Below are positions 26,165 to 34,554 of a stretch of 34,554 nt of DNA, piece after piece. The first letter of the stretch is position 1. Each line of letters opens with the position of its first letter. This DNA is from Candidatus Bathyarchaeia archaeon (GTDB lineage: Archaea > Thermoproteota > Bathyarchaeia > Bathyarchaeales > Bathycorpusculaceae), in contig JAVZLS010000014.1 of the NCBI GenBank assembly GCA_038883715.1, positions 1 to 34,554 on the forward strand, in the 5' to 3' direction. The notes beneath the pieces are model-generated. The model ran no database searches. It worked only from the letters and a program-made list of their open reading frames with translations, and was not told where the DNA came from. The translations under genes were made by a program, and so were the position numbers.

Positions 26165-26803
26165 TTATGCGGCTCCAATCCATTTTTTGGCCAAGGCTAC
26201 AGCTTCGATTGCATCTTTGCCATAAGCGTCAGCGCCTGTGTATTTTCTCACCTCTTCGGTTATTTGTCCGCCTCCAATCATGATTTTTACTCTGTCTCTC
26301 AAGCCAGCCTTTTTTATGGCTTCCACTGTTTGTTTCATGACATCAAAAGCCAACGTTAGGAAACCGCTTAAGCCTACTATTGTGGCCTCTGTCTCTTTTA
26401 TTTTTTCGACAAATTTTTCTGGTGGGACATCTACTCCTAAGTCGTAGACTTCAAATCCGTTGGCTTCAAGCATGAAGACAACCATGTTTTTGCCTATGTC
26501 ATGTATATCTCCGGCAACGGTCCCAATAACAACTTTCCCTAAACGTTTAGCCTCGACTTTTCCGGCCAGTTTTGGTTTGATTTTTTCGGTTATCGCCTTC
26601 AGTAATTCACCGGCAAATAAAAGGTCTGAAATGAAGTATTCACTTTTGGCGAATCTGTCTCCCACAATCTCCATGGCGCGGCGGACATCATCTAAAATTT
26701 TAAGCGGGTCTTCGCCAGCATTAAGCCTTTTCTCAACCAGTCGAAGTGCTTCTTCCTCTTTTAAATCGGCTAGTGTATTGATAAAATCTTCAGAGTTCCC
26801 CAT
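26165..26803 (-). CDS. Corrinoid (B12-binding) methyl-carrier protein
   Basis: N-terminal cap domain, GTVAGDIHDIGKN (DxHxxG), DLGVDV, VGLSG, MIGG. Confidence 0.95.
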   Translation of the reverse strand: MGNSEDFINTLADLKEEEALRLVEKRLNAGEDPLKILDDVRRAMEIVGDRFAKSEYFISDLLFAGELLKAITEKIKPKLAGKVEAKRLGKVVIGTVAGDIHDIGKNMVVFMLEANGFEVYDLGVDVPPEKFVEKIKETEATIVGLSGFLTLAFDVMKQTVEAIKKAGLRDRVKIMIGGGQITEEVRKYTGADAYGKDAIEAVALAKKWIGAA

Positions 26804-26938
26804 AAGATTCCCTCGCCGCGTTCTCGCTAATATTTTAGAGCATCAAATAAAAAGCTTGCTCAATTCCTTAACCAATTAATATGACGCGCAAAAAATTAAT
26901 TTATTTAATTGGCAAAATTGAACCTTCAAGATGAAAGT

Positions 26939-28834
26939 ATGAAGAAAATTATCACAATTTTGTTTGAGCCGGAAGGCCGCAAGGCAGAGGTTCAGTTTGG
27001 AATTAGCATATTTGAAGTTGCGCGTATGGTGGGTGTTGGCCTTAGGTCTGAATGTGGAGGGAAGGGTGTCTGCGGAAAATGTAAGGTTATAGTTCCGGAT
27101 AAAAAATCTGTTTCAGAAGTAACAGAAGCTGAGAGAAGGCATTTAACCACGGAGGAGATAGAATCTGGCTATAGGCTTGCGTGCCAAGCACTCCTAAAGA
27201 AAAGCGCAACCATAATGATACCTGAAGAAAGTAGAATTTTGGCACGTAAAATCCAAGTTTTTGGCTTAGAGAGACCTGTACTGTTGAATGTTTTTGTTAA
27301 AAAGTTTCATGTAAAATTGGCTAAGCCTACGCTTATGGATGTTAGACCAGACTTTGAAAGGGTTTTGGATGTTTTGAAAGTTGAGGCTGATGTTGGTGAA
27401 TTAGAAGTTGATTATGATGTTTTGAAAGTTTTACCCGAAACTCTTCGACGTGCCAATTGGGATGTTACCGTAGCCCTATGGAACTGCCAAAAAATAATTG
27501 CGATAGAGGAAGGCGACACGTCTGATCGCGTTTTTGGAGTAGCCATTGACATTGGAACTTCAAAAATTGTTGGGTGTCTCGTGGACTTGAAATCGGGCAA
27601 AACCATAAGTACGGGGTTTATTGAGAACCCTCAAATTCTGTATGGTGAAGACATTATTTCGAGGATAGATTTTGCAGCGAATGAGGAGAAGGGATTGGAA
27701 AGGCTGCAGAAACTTGTTTTGGACGGCATAAACCATGTAATATCCTACATTTGTGCTCAAGCGAGTGTGAATGCAGATAACGTTTACGAGGCGACGGTTG
27801 TCGGTAACACAGCTATGCACCACTTTTTTCTGGGTATAAATCCAAAATATACGGCCTTTTCGCCTTTCACACCTGCCATTAAACGTCCAATAAATGTTAA
27901 GGCTGGGGAATTGGGCATAAAAATATGTAAAGGCGGCAATGTTCACGTTTTGCCAATTATAGCTGGATTTGTGGGTGCTGACGCGGTTGCGGATGTGCTG
28001 GCAAGCGGGATTCATACGCGAAAGGAAATATCTCTTCTCCTCGACATTGGCACGAACACTGAAATTTTTGTTGGAAATTCAGAGGACATTCTATCTTGCT
28101 CTTGTGCCTCTGGACCTGCCTTTGAAGGCGCCCATATAAGGCATGGAATGAAGGCGGTTACCGGGGCAATTGAAAAAATATCCATAGATCCAACTTCAGG
28201 CTACGAGGTGAAGTATAAAACCATAGGCGACGCGGCTCCTCTTGGGATATGTGGCTCCGCCATAATAGACGCCGTGGCGGAAATGTTGAAGTGTGGGATA
28301 ATAAACAGCAGAGGAAGATTTAACTTGAATGTAAAGACGCCAAGACTGAGAGTTGTTGATGGGACTCCTGAATTTGTGCTTGTATGGCGAAGCGAAAGCG
28401 GAACTGGTAAAGAAATAGTGATCACTCAGAAGGACGTGGGCGAGGTGCAGCTGGCGAAGGCAGCGATATTTGCAGGATGCTGGATCTTAATGAAGAGGAA
28501 AAACGTAAAAGTAAATGACATAGATCAGCTTCTGATCGCGGGCGCCTTTGGAAGCTACATAAATCCTGAAAATGCAAAGTTAATAGGATTGGTGCCCGAT
28601 GTCCCGGTTGAAAAAGTGAAGTTTGTAGGTAACACGGCACTGGCTGGTGCGAAAATGGCTTTAATCTCAGCAGAAGAAAGGGAAACAGCAGAAAAACTGT
28701 CAAAAAGTATCCGTTACCTTGAGCTTGCAAGTGATCCAGATTTTCAATTAGAGTTTGCAGAAGCTGCGTTTCTACCCCACAAAGATTTGGATAGATTCCC
28801 ATCACTAAAAAAATTCTTAAAAAAGTGTAAATAA
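26939..28834 (+). CDS. ATP-dependent reductive activator of corrinoid proteins (RACE/RACo type; [2Fe-2S] plus ASKHA)
   Basis: CGGKGVCGKC...RLACQ, GVAIDIGTS, GNTAMHH, DIGTNTE, GPAFEG, GICGS, QLAKAA, AGAFG. Start likely ATG 26939 (track: TTG 26909). Confidence 0.93.
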   Translation: MKKIITILFEPEGRKAEVQFGISIFEVARMVGVGLRSECGGKGVCGKCKVIVPDKKSVSEVTEAERRHLTTEEIESGYRLACQALLKKSATIMIPEESRILARKIQVFGLERPVLLNVFVKKFHVKLAKPTLMDVRPDFERVLDVLKVEADVGELEVDYDVLKVLPETLRRANWDVTVALWNCQKIIAIEEGDTSDRVFGVAIDIGTSKIVGCLVDLKSGKTISTGFIENPQILYGEDIISRIDFAANEEKGLERLQKLVLDGINHVISYICAQASVNADNVYEATVVGNTAMHHFFLGINPKYTAFSPFTPAIKRPINVKAGELGIKICKGGNVHVLPIIAGFVGADAVADVLASGIHTRKEISLLLDIGTNTEIFVGNSEDILSCSCASGPAFEGAHIRHGMKAVTGAIEKISIDPTSGYEVKYKTIGDAAPLGICGSAIIDAVAEMLKCGIINSRGRFNLNVKTPRLRVVDGTPEFVLVWRSESGTGKEIVITQKDVGEVQLAKAAIFAGCWILMKRKNVKVNDIDQLLIAGAFGSYINPENAKLIGLVPDVPVEKVKFVGNTALAGAKMALISAEERETAEKLSKSIRYLELASDPDFQLEFAEAAFLPHKDLDRFPSLKKFLKKCK

Positions 28835-28918
28835 TAAGGGAATATGCAAACTCCATTAAAACCGAAACCATTTAATTCCCCTTCTTCATCTCTTTCTAGC
28901 CAATGCTCGGAGGGTGAC

Positions 28919-29146
28919 ATGAAATTGAAAACCTATTTGACAATATGGTTCTACAGCGAAGGCTCAAGCCCCTTAGAAGTTGTTGAAAAGCTCCGCTCCA
29001 TGGGTTTTGAACCCCTAAAAGGCTATCACGACCACGTCTACGACTGGGGCAGAAAAGTTGAGCTTATGGAAGTGCTACAACTAGCAAATAAGGTTCACGA
29101 GACACTGAAGGGAATGAAAGTCTTATACAAGCTGGAAACAGAATAA
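28919..29146 (+). CDS. Small hypothetical protein (75 aa)
   Basis: ATG 28919 preceded by strong SD GGAGGGTGA; MKLKTYLTIWFYSEGSSPLEVVEKLRSMGF...YKLETE. Confidence 0.75.
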   Translation: MKLKTYLTIWFYSEGSSPLEVVEKLRSMGFEPLKGYHDHVYDWGRKVELMEVLQLANKVHETLKGMKVLYKLETE

Positions 29147-29216
29147 AGAAGCGCAGCTGCTCAAGCGAAACATTAAAGAGTCCCTAACATTATTTTTCAA
29201 AACTTGCTGAAGCTAT

Positions 29217-29290
29217 GCCGAGGTAGCTCAGCCTGGGAGAGCGCCCGGCTGAAGACCGGGTTGTCGCCGGTTCAAACCCGGCCCTCGGCA
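29217..29290 (+). tRNA. tRNA-Phe (GAA), intronless, CCA not encoded
   Basis: GCCGAGG/CCTCGGC acceptor stem, D-arm GCTC...GAGC, anticodon arm CCCGG-CT-GAA-GA-CCGGG, T-arm GCCGG-TTCAAAC-CCGGC, discriminator A. Confidence 0.97.
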
Positions 29291-29300
29291 CTCCAGAATG

Positions 29301-29957
29301 CTAATTTTCACTTGTTTTGCGGCTTTTTAGTGATATTCTTTTTGGGAAAAATTTTCCGGTTGCTTGTTGGTATCGTTGGTATTCGTTGCCGAATCTTTTT
29401 GTTAGAAGCTCTTCTTCTATATTTGCAATTCGAATATAACCTGGAACGGCAATTAATGGGATTATTGCTATTAGGTTTAGTAGTGTGAGGGGTAGACCAA
29501 TAAATAGGATAAAGTAGGCTAGATAGGCTGGGTGTCTAACGTAACTGTAAGGTCCCCATGTCACGAGTTTGTGGTTTTCGGGCATTTCCCATGATGTTGC
29601 GTATCTTCCCCTTGCCAGAATGCTCCAGATGAAGAGGAAGTAGCCAAAAGCAATTAAGAAAAGCCCGGCAGCTTGCACCAAAGAATCGAATGGAAAACGC
29701 AACTGCAGCCACGAATTAGTTAAAACCTTGTGAAAACCAGCGAATACGAGAATTATGTAGGAGGCAGATTCTATGAAAAGGGTGAAGGTTCCAAGTGCTG
29801 CGAGAACAAAGAGCGGTCCCCTTGGAAGCTTCACCTCGGCTTGATATTTAAGTCCTTTCTTCACTTTGCGAAATTTTTTAAGATTATACAAGTTTACGCC
29901 ATAAAAGATTGTTAGACATGCGGCTAGAAAGCCTGCCACCAAAGTTTCAGGAAGCAT
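29301..29957 (-). CDS. Isoprenylcysteine carboxyl methyltransferase/PEMT-family membrane protein
   Basis: Multiple TMs, HKLVTWGPYSYVRHPAY, EEELL..RFG.EY..Y. Confidence 0.88.
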   Translation of the reverse strand: MLPETLVAGFLAACLTIFYGVNLYNLKKFRKVKKGLKYQAEVKLPRGPLFVLAALGTFTLFIESASYIILVFAGFHKVLTNSWLQLRFPFDSLVQAAGLFLIAFGYFLFIWSILARGRYATSWEMPENHKLVTWGPYSYVRHPAYLAYFILFIGLPLTLLNLIAIIPLIAVPGYIRIANIEEELLTKRFGNEYQRYQQATGKFFPKRISLKSRKTSEN

Positions 29958-30008
29958 ACCTAAAATGGCAAGTCTTATTTTTAATAAATTTTTTCTGATG
30001 GCTGATGC

Positions 30009-30647
30009 TTATGCTTTTTTAGCTTTCCCTTTTTCAAGGTTTTTGGCTATTTTCTCCCAGTCTATTTTGAACATTATTGCTAGCACTATTATTAGAAGGA
30101 TTATTGCCAATATCATGCTTATTAGGGCGGTTATCCAGTCGCTTTCCACTCCAAATATTTGCTCGATTATTGTTATTGCGTAGCGGGCGCTGTAGGCGAT
30201 TATTAAGCTCATGCAAATTTTCCCAATTATTGCCGGGATAAAGGCCTTCAACAGGTTGTAGTGCATTATGCCTAGCGGTATGAAGAGCAAGTCGTCTGGC
30301 AACGGTGTTAAGGCGAAAAGAAATATTGCGATGGGGCCGTATTTTCCGAAGATTTTTACTAGGGCTTCCATTTGGCGTCTGCGTTTTTCGCTTATTATTT
30401 TTCTTCCGCCTAGCCCAAGCAAGTAGCCCGAAAACTCTCCTATAGCTGAGCCGGCCCCGGACGCCAATGCAATTAATATCGGGTCAAAGAATGGCGCTAT
30501 GGTGAATATGACTATGGTGTAGGGTATTGGAAAAAATATTGACATGGAGCCTATTAGGCTTATTAAAAAGATGCCAAGGTATCCGTATTGTACTGCGAAA
30601 CTTTTTAACCACTGTTCAAGCTGTTGGAGTACATCCGCCATCGACAA
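30009..30647 (-). CDS. DedA/VTT-domain membrane protein
   Basis: YGYLGIFL...PIPY, GSAIGE.SGYLLG.GG, FALTPLPDD..FIPLG, IIGK. Confidence 0.88.
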   Translation of the reverse strand: MSMADVLQQLEQWLKSFAVQYGYLGIFLISLIGSMSIFFPIPYTIVIFTIAPFFDPILIALASGAGSAIGEFSGYLLGLGGRKIISEKRRRQMEALVKIFGKYGPIAIFLFALTPLPDDLLFIPLGIMHYNLLKAFIPAIIGKICMSLIIAYSARYAITIIEQIFGVESDWITALISMILAIILLIIVLAIMFKIDWEKIAKNLEKGKAKKA

Positions 30648-30776
30648 GCTTTTGCCTCTCTTCTTTTAGAAGCTGTCTGGCTTTAAAGAACTTTTTATGG
30701 TTGGTAGCGGATACATCAAGTTTAAATTTGCCGAAAATTGTATAGGGATTTCAACTCGAAAAGAGGTTTGATAAGT

Positions 30777-31304
30777 TTGGCTGCTGAGAAGACGCTCATA
30801 TGGATCGCCCGAGACCTTTCAAAATGCAGCGGCTGCAGAAAATGCGAGGTAGCTTGTTCACTTTTCCATGAGAAACGCATATGGCCAGAGGCTTCCCGCA
30901 TTAGGGTTTTTATGCTTGCTCCGGGGATTGAATTTCCACATTTCTGTGTTCAGTGCGAGGATTATCCATGTGTTCAAGCTTGTCCGGTTAACGCCCTATC
31001 GGTGAGCAAAGAAACTGGCGCAGTTCTTGTTGATTCTAATGCTTGTATTGGCTGTGGAAAGTGTATTGAGGCTTGTCCTGGGAGGATTCCCCACATGCAT
31101 CCAATGGAAAACAAGATTTTAATCTGCGACTTGTGCGGCGGCGACCCGCAATGTGTCAAGGTTTGTCAAGAGGGGCTTTGGAATGTTCTGCGGATTGTGC
31201 CCAGGGGAAACTACTCCTACAAGCTTTATGCCAGAACCCCCGAAGAGATTGCTCAGGATTTGGCTGTTAAAATTTTTGGGGAGGAGGGGGAGCGGTACAT
31301 ATGA
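30777..31304 (+). CDS. 4x[4Fe-4S] electron-transfer subunit (WOR5 small-subunit type)
   Basis: CSGCRKCEVAC, CVQCEDYPCVQACP, CIGCGKCIEACP, CDLCGGDPQCVKVC; ATGA overlap with the next gene. Start likely TTG 30777. Confidence 0.9.
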   Translation: MAAEKTLIWIARDLSKCSGCRKCEVACSLFHEKRIWPEASRIRVFMLAPGIEFPHFCVQCEDYPCVQACPVNALSVSKETGAVLVDSNACIGCGKCIEACPGRIPHMHPMENKILICDLCGGDPQCVKVCQEGLWNVLRIVPRGNYSYKLYARTPEEIAQDLAVKIFGEEGERYI

Positions 31305-33169
31305 TTTGGGGTTATGCTGGAATGTTCCTTGAGGTTGACCTCTCCGCAAAAAGCGTTAAAGAAGTGAGATTCAGCGACGAAATTTTAAAGGAGTACGTTG
31401 GTGGTAGGGGTTTAGCAGCAAAAATCCTCTGGGACAAACTTGGTGACAGATGGGAAACTATTGACCCTCTTGGACCGGAAAACATGCTGCTGTTCCTTAC
31501 TGGACCGCTCACAGGCTTTTTCCCAGGCGGAAGGATTTGTGTTTCCGGTAAGTCTCCGCAGAGCAATGGTGTTGTTGGCTCCACTGTTGGCGGGGAGTTT
31601 GGCGTCGAACTAAAATGTGCTGGATACGATGGCGTTATAGTGACTGGTGAAGCCGAGAAACCAGTCTATTTATTCATTAAGGATTCCGATGTTGAAATTC
31701 GTGATGCCAGCTACGTCTGGGGTTTGGATGCGAAGCAGACGGTTGCTGTTTTAACTCGGGAATGTAGGGGACTTTTGAAGGCTCGTTATCCGCAGAAAGG
31801 TGAATGGCGGGAGCCCTCAATACTCTATATTGGTCCTGCCGGAGAAAACAAAGTGCGGACGGCCGTTGTTGCAGCCAAGTGGTCGCATGCTGCTGGTTAT
31901 GGCGGGTATGGCGCTGTTATGGGTGCTAAGAGGCTCAAGGCAATAGCTGTTAAGGGAACTGGTCCACTACCCGAGGTTGCCGATATGGAAGGCGTAAAGG
32001 CACTTATACAGGAGGTTTGCAACAACGCCTATGAGAGTGAGCTTTGGAGACGCTGGGGGACGGGTTCGGCTGGCTACGAGGTTGGAGCGAAAACAAGCTC
32101 TGAGCCTGTTCGAAACTGGCAGGAGGAGTGGCACGACGAGAAAAGCTTCGGTGTTAACGAGTTTGAAAACAGGGTTTGGATAAAACAGTATTGGGGAGAT
32201 TTTGGGTGTCCAACAACATGCCTAAAAGTGGCTGTTGTGAAATCTGGAAAGTTTAAGGGCGCAATAACCGATAACCCCGACTACGAGTTGCAAGCTTATG
32301 TTGGCACAAACCTAGGCATATTCACTCCAGAAGAGAATGTTTACATGGCTTCCGTCATAGACGATTTGGGGCTCTGCGGCATACAAACAGGCAACGTTTT
32401 GGGCTTTGCAGCCGAACTATTCCAAAGGGGAATATTAACAAAAAAGGACTTGGACGACATAGAACTAAAGTGGGGCGACGCTGAGGCTTTCGCCACCCTA
32501 GCCAAGAAAATCGCCTATAGAGAGGGTATAGGCAACATTCTAGCCGAAGGTACTTATCGGGCAGCCCTAAAAATTGGTGAAATGAAGGGCGTTGACATCC
32601 TGCCTTACGCCGTGCAAGTAAAGGGCATAGGTGTAGGCGCCCACGGAATCAGAAGCGAAAAGGATTACCCCGAAATATACTCTTATGCTTGTTCTGTCCA
32701 GTGTGGGGACCACACCTCCACGGCTTGCATGCCCCTAGACGATTTTAGAAGCGAGCTTATGATGGCTTTCCATGATTCAGGTGTTTACTGCTACTTCAAT
32801 GTTTTTGGTCTGCCTCGCAATCTGGTTTTCGACTTTTACAAGGCTGTGACTGGCATAGAATTGACAAAAGAAGATTGGGTTGCCACAAAAGCCATGAAAA
32901 TAATACAGCTGCAGAGGGCAATGCTCCTCTTGGGTGGACCAGACCTAAAGTGGAATCCAGAAATCCACGATGACAATCCACCCCGCTTCTATGAGCCACT
33001 GCCATCGGGACAATATAAGGGCAAAACAATTGACAAGACTCGTGTGGACGAGGAAAAGCGCAAGTACTATGAGCTTTTGGGCTGGGATGAGCGGGGCATA
33101 CCCAAATCTGAAACCCTTAGAAGGCTTGGATTAGATGATGTTGACAGCGCCTTGGGAAAGCTTCGTTGA
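31301..33169 (+). CDS. wor5: Tungsten oxidoreductase of the WOR5 type, large subunit (AOR family)
   Basis: KSPQSNGVVGS, HAAGYGGYGAVMG, SSEPVRNWQEE, DFGCPTTC (Asp in place of the first Cys), PDYELQAY, GAHGIRSE, DDNPPRFYEPLP match my recollection of Pyrococcus furiosus WOR5; paired with a polyferredoxin subunit. Confidence 0.85.
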   Translation: MIWGYAGMFLEVDLSAKSVKEVRFSDEILKEYVGGRGLAAKILWDKLGDRWETIDPLGPENMLLFLTGPLTGFFPGGRICVSGKSPQSNGVVGSTVGGEFGVELKCAGYDGVIVTGEAEKPVYLFIKDSDVEIRDASYVWGLDAKQTVAVLTRECRGLLKARYPQKGEWREPSILYIGPAGENKVRTAVVAAKWSHAAGYGGYGAVMGAKRLKAIAVKGTGPLPEVADMEGVKALIQEVCNNAYESELWRRWGTGSAGYEVGAKTSSEPVRNWQEEWHDEKSFGVNEFENRVWIKQYWGDFGCPTTCLKVAVVKSGKFKGAITDNPDYELQAYVGTNLGIFTPEENVYMASVIDDLGLCGIQTGNVLGFAAELFQRGILTKKDLDDIELKWGDAEAFATLAKKIAYREGIGNILAEGTYRAALKIGEMKGVDILPYAVQVKGIGVGAHGIRSEKDYPEIYSYACSVQCGDHTSTACMPLDDFRSELMMAFHDSGVYCYFNVFGLPRNLVFDFYKAVTGIELTKEDWVATKAMKIIQLQRAMLLLGGPDLKWNPEIHDDNPPRFYEPLPSGQYKGKTIDKTRVDEEKRKYYELLGWDERGIPKSETLRRLGLDDVDSALGKLR

Positions 33170-33232
33170 AAACCAACATTTTTTGGCCTTCGTAGAAAGC
33201 AAAATGGGCTAGACCCCTCTAGTTTTCTGCTA

Positions 33233-33844
33233 TTACGGCACTATACGAATAATTCGTGTTGGAGTGACTATTATGGAAACTTTCCTATCCCTTTCCTCGA
33301 AAGGCACATTTTCAACCACTTGCATGTCATGAACCGTTGTGGCTACCGGGATTTCCCCAAACTTTTTCTCTAGAAGTTCTATTTCCACGTCGCCATATCC
33401 GTGACCTTTTCCAAGCCTATGCCCCTTCACGTCAACAGCCACAGAACCCTCAACTATCAAGTCTGGTTTTGGAAAATCTTTGGCTTGAACTCCAAATTTG
33501 AAGGCACCCCTTATTGTTGAAGCAAGGTGCTCTTTGCCCTTTGTTTTTGCTGGGTCTATTAGTATGAAGCCCCGCGCTAGCCTAGGCGAAGCCATAATGA
33601 GAATTTTTCCATCCTTTAGGGCGTTTTCCCTAACCCCACGCTGAGGCGAGTCTGGATTGACGAAAACAACCTTCGCTCTTTTCCATTCCTCAAGCTGTCG
33701 AAGTTTATCGGCAGCAGTTTCAGCTCCAACAAAGTTTGGAATTCTACCCCAGCATGGAAGCGGGAAAGCCGCCACTCCAGACCTCTCCATTTCAAGCCAA
33801 ATTTTCTCACGTAACCGCTGCTTCTCTCCAGCAACCCTTGACAT
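33233..33844 (-). CDS. 5-formyltetrahydrofolate cyclo-ligase family protein (archaeal type)
   Basis: GRIPNFVGA, NPDSPQ, GSVAVD..G.RLGKG.GYGD.E, TTVH..Q, IVTP. Confidence 0.88.
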   Translation of the reverse strand: MSRVAGEKQRLREKIWLEMERSGVAAFPLPCWGRIPNFVGAETAADKLRQLEEWKRAKVVFVNPDSPQRGVRENALKDGKILIMASPRLARGFILIDPAKTKGKEHLASTIRGAFKFGVQAKDFPKPDLIVEGSVAVDVKGHRLGKGHGYGDVEIELLEKKFGEIPVATTVHDMQVVENVPFEERDRKVSIIVTPTRIIRIVP

Positions 33845-33979
33845 TTAAATGAAAATAAGGAAACATGAATTTAAATAAACAGTGCAATATTTTACATTTT
33901 ACAAAACAGAGCTGACTATTGATTGAAGTGTTAATCTCCTGCATAATCAGAGGCTTCAACGCAAGACCGTTGTTTATTG

Positions 33980-34456
33980 TTAGGCCCATGCCACGTCTTT
34001 TCTTTGAATTTTGATTTGTGCATATATGAAGCCTTTCTTAGCCCTTTCCTCCTGCTCTTCAATCCAAGCCTCTAGGCCTATCTCCCTCAGCCTTTTCCCA
34101 TCCTCAATTGTTGTTGGATAAACTTTGTTATAGTTTTCAATTAGAGCACACGGATATTGATCGCAGAGGGGACATGTGAATACTCCTTTCCTTTGGGCGC
34201 ATAGCCTCATCTTACATGTGGATGGGCCGCCGCCAGTTCTGCAAGAGCACTCATATCTTGTTAAATCTTCAAGAAACTTCCAGAAAACCGGAAAGGTTTC
34301 GCGCATGGAAGGCACATATTTATACCAATAATCCATGCCCTCTTGCTGAAGCGTGTCTCTAAGCTGCCTTGCATGCTTCGGGAAGCAAACTCTGACGCCG
34401 CATAACCCGCAATAACAGCCACAGTATCCAACAAGCCTTAACAAATCTTGAGCCAT
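33980..34456 (-). CDS. Cys-rich DUF3795-like protein
   Basis: YCGCYCGLC, CSCR, C.MR.CAQ.KG...CPLCDQYPC, LREIGLEAW. Start likely ATG 34456 (track: 34507). Confidence 0.75.
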   Translation of the reverse strand: MAQDLLRLVGYCGCYCGLCGVRVCFPKHARQLRDTLQQEGMDYWYKYVPSMRETFPVFWKFLEDLTRYECSCRTGGGPSTCKMRLCAQRKGVFTCPLCDQYPCALIENYNKVYPTTIEDGKRLREIGLEAWIEEQEERAKKGFIYAQIKIQRKDVAWA

Positions 34457-34554
34457 AACAATATCACTAAACTTAATGTTACACGATAGCAATTTAACAT
34501 TTCCCAATACGATGAAAAACGTTAGAGTGGTGTTCTTTAAAGAGAAAATGAGGA

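Noticed and set aside
1-29290. tRNA-bounded 29-kb block as an integrated mobile element
   Set aside because: The two tRNAs are different, no att-like duplicate of either 3' end was seen, and there is no integrase or transposase in the window. It remains possible only as an old island.
29204-29488. 94-aa plus-strand ORF
   Set aside because: It overlaps tRNA-Phe and is antisense to the ICMT-family gene.
33845-33979. Possible structured ncRNA or riboswitch in the intergenic gap
   Set aside because: Only weak pairing and no recognisable family motif; a promoter plus terminator would explain the gap.
859-33989. Numerous 60-180 aa antisense or alternate-frame ORFs in the track (e.g. 7071..7541, 8477..9001, 15976..16446, 25200..25736, 27560..28015)
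   Set aside because: They overlap well-supported genes, are often Ser/Pro/Phe-rich as expected for antisense frames, and lack motifs.

Overview
Gene-dense archaeal window (archaeal BRE/TATA promoters, GGAGG-type SD sites, tRNAs without encoded CCA). The gene content fits an anaerobic heterotroph such as Bathyarchaeia (inference). About 29 kb between a partial type II tRNA (probably Ser) and tRNA-Phe(GAA) form a catabolic cluster: two tungsten AOR-family enzymes (one next to a MoaD/SAMP-like gene), an iron alcohol dehydrogenase, and a beta-oxidation set (family III CoA-transferase, acyl-CoA dehydrogenase, fused 3-hydroxyacyl-CoA dehydrogenase/hydratase, thiolase plus HMGS-like/DUF35 partner). 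It also holds a Liv-type ABC importer split into two convergent halves and a corrinoid methyl-transfer module (UroD-family methyltransferase, corrinoid protein, RACE activator). An enigmatic minus-strand block encodes an Ldh2 dehydrogenase, a Cys-poor U32-like protein, an IolN-like creatininase-family hydrolase, a cupin, an AOR and an orphan PreA-like flavo-Fe-S protein. There is also a secreted, membrane-anchored rhodanese on a coiled-coil stalk. Downstream of tRNA-Phe are an ICMT-family protein, a DedA/VTT protein, a two-subunit WOR5-type tungstoenzyme, a 5-formyl-THF cyclo-ligase-family protein and a DUF3795-like protein. Leading hypothesis: a locus for uptake, O-demethylation and side-chain oxidation of methoxylated (lignin-derived) aromatics, possibly with an undescribed ring-reduction/hydrolysis step. 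All family calls come from motif recognition by eye; no searches were run. No integrase, transposase or CRISPR array was seen.
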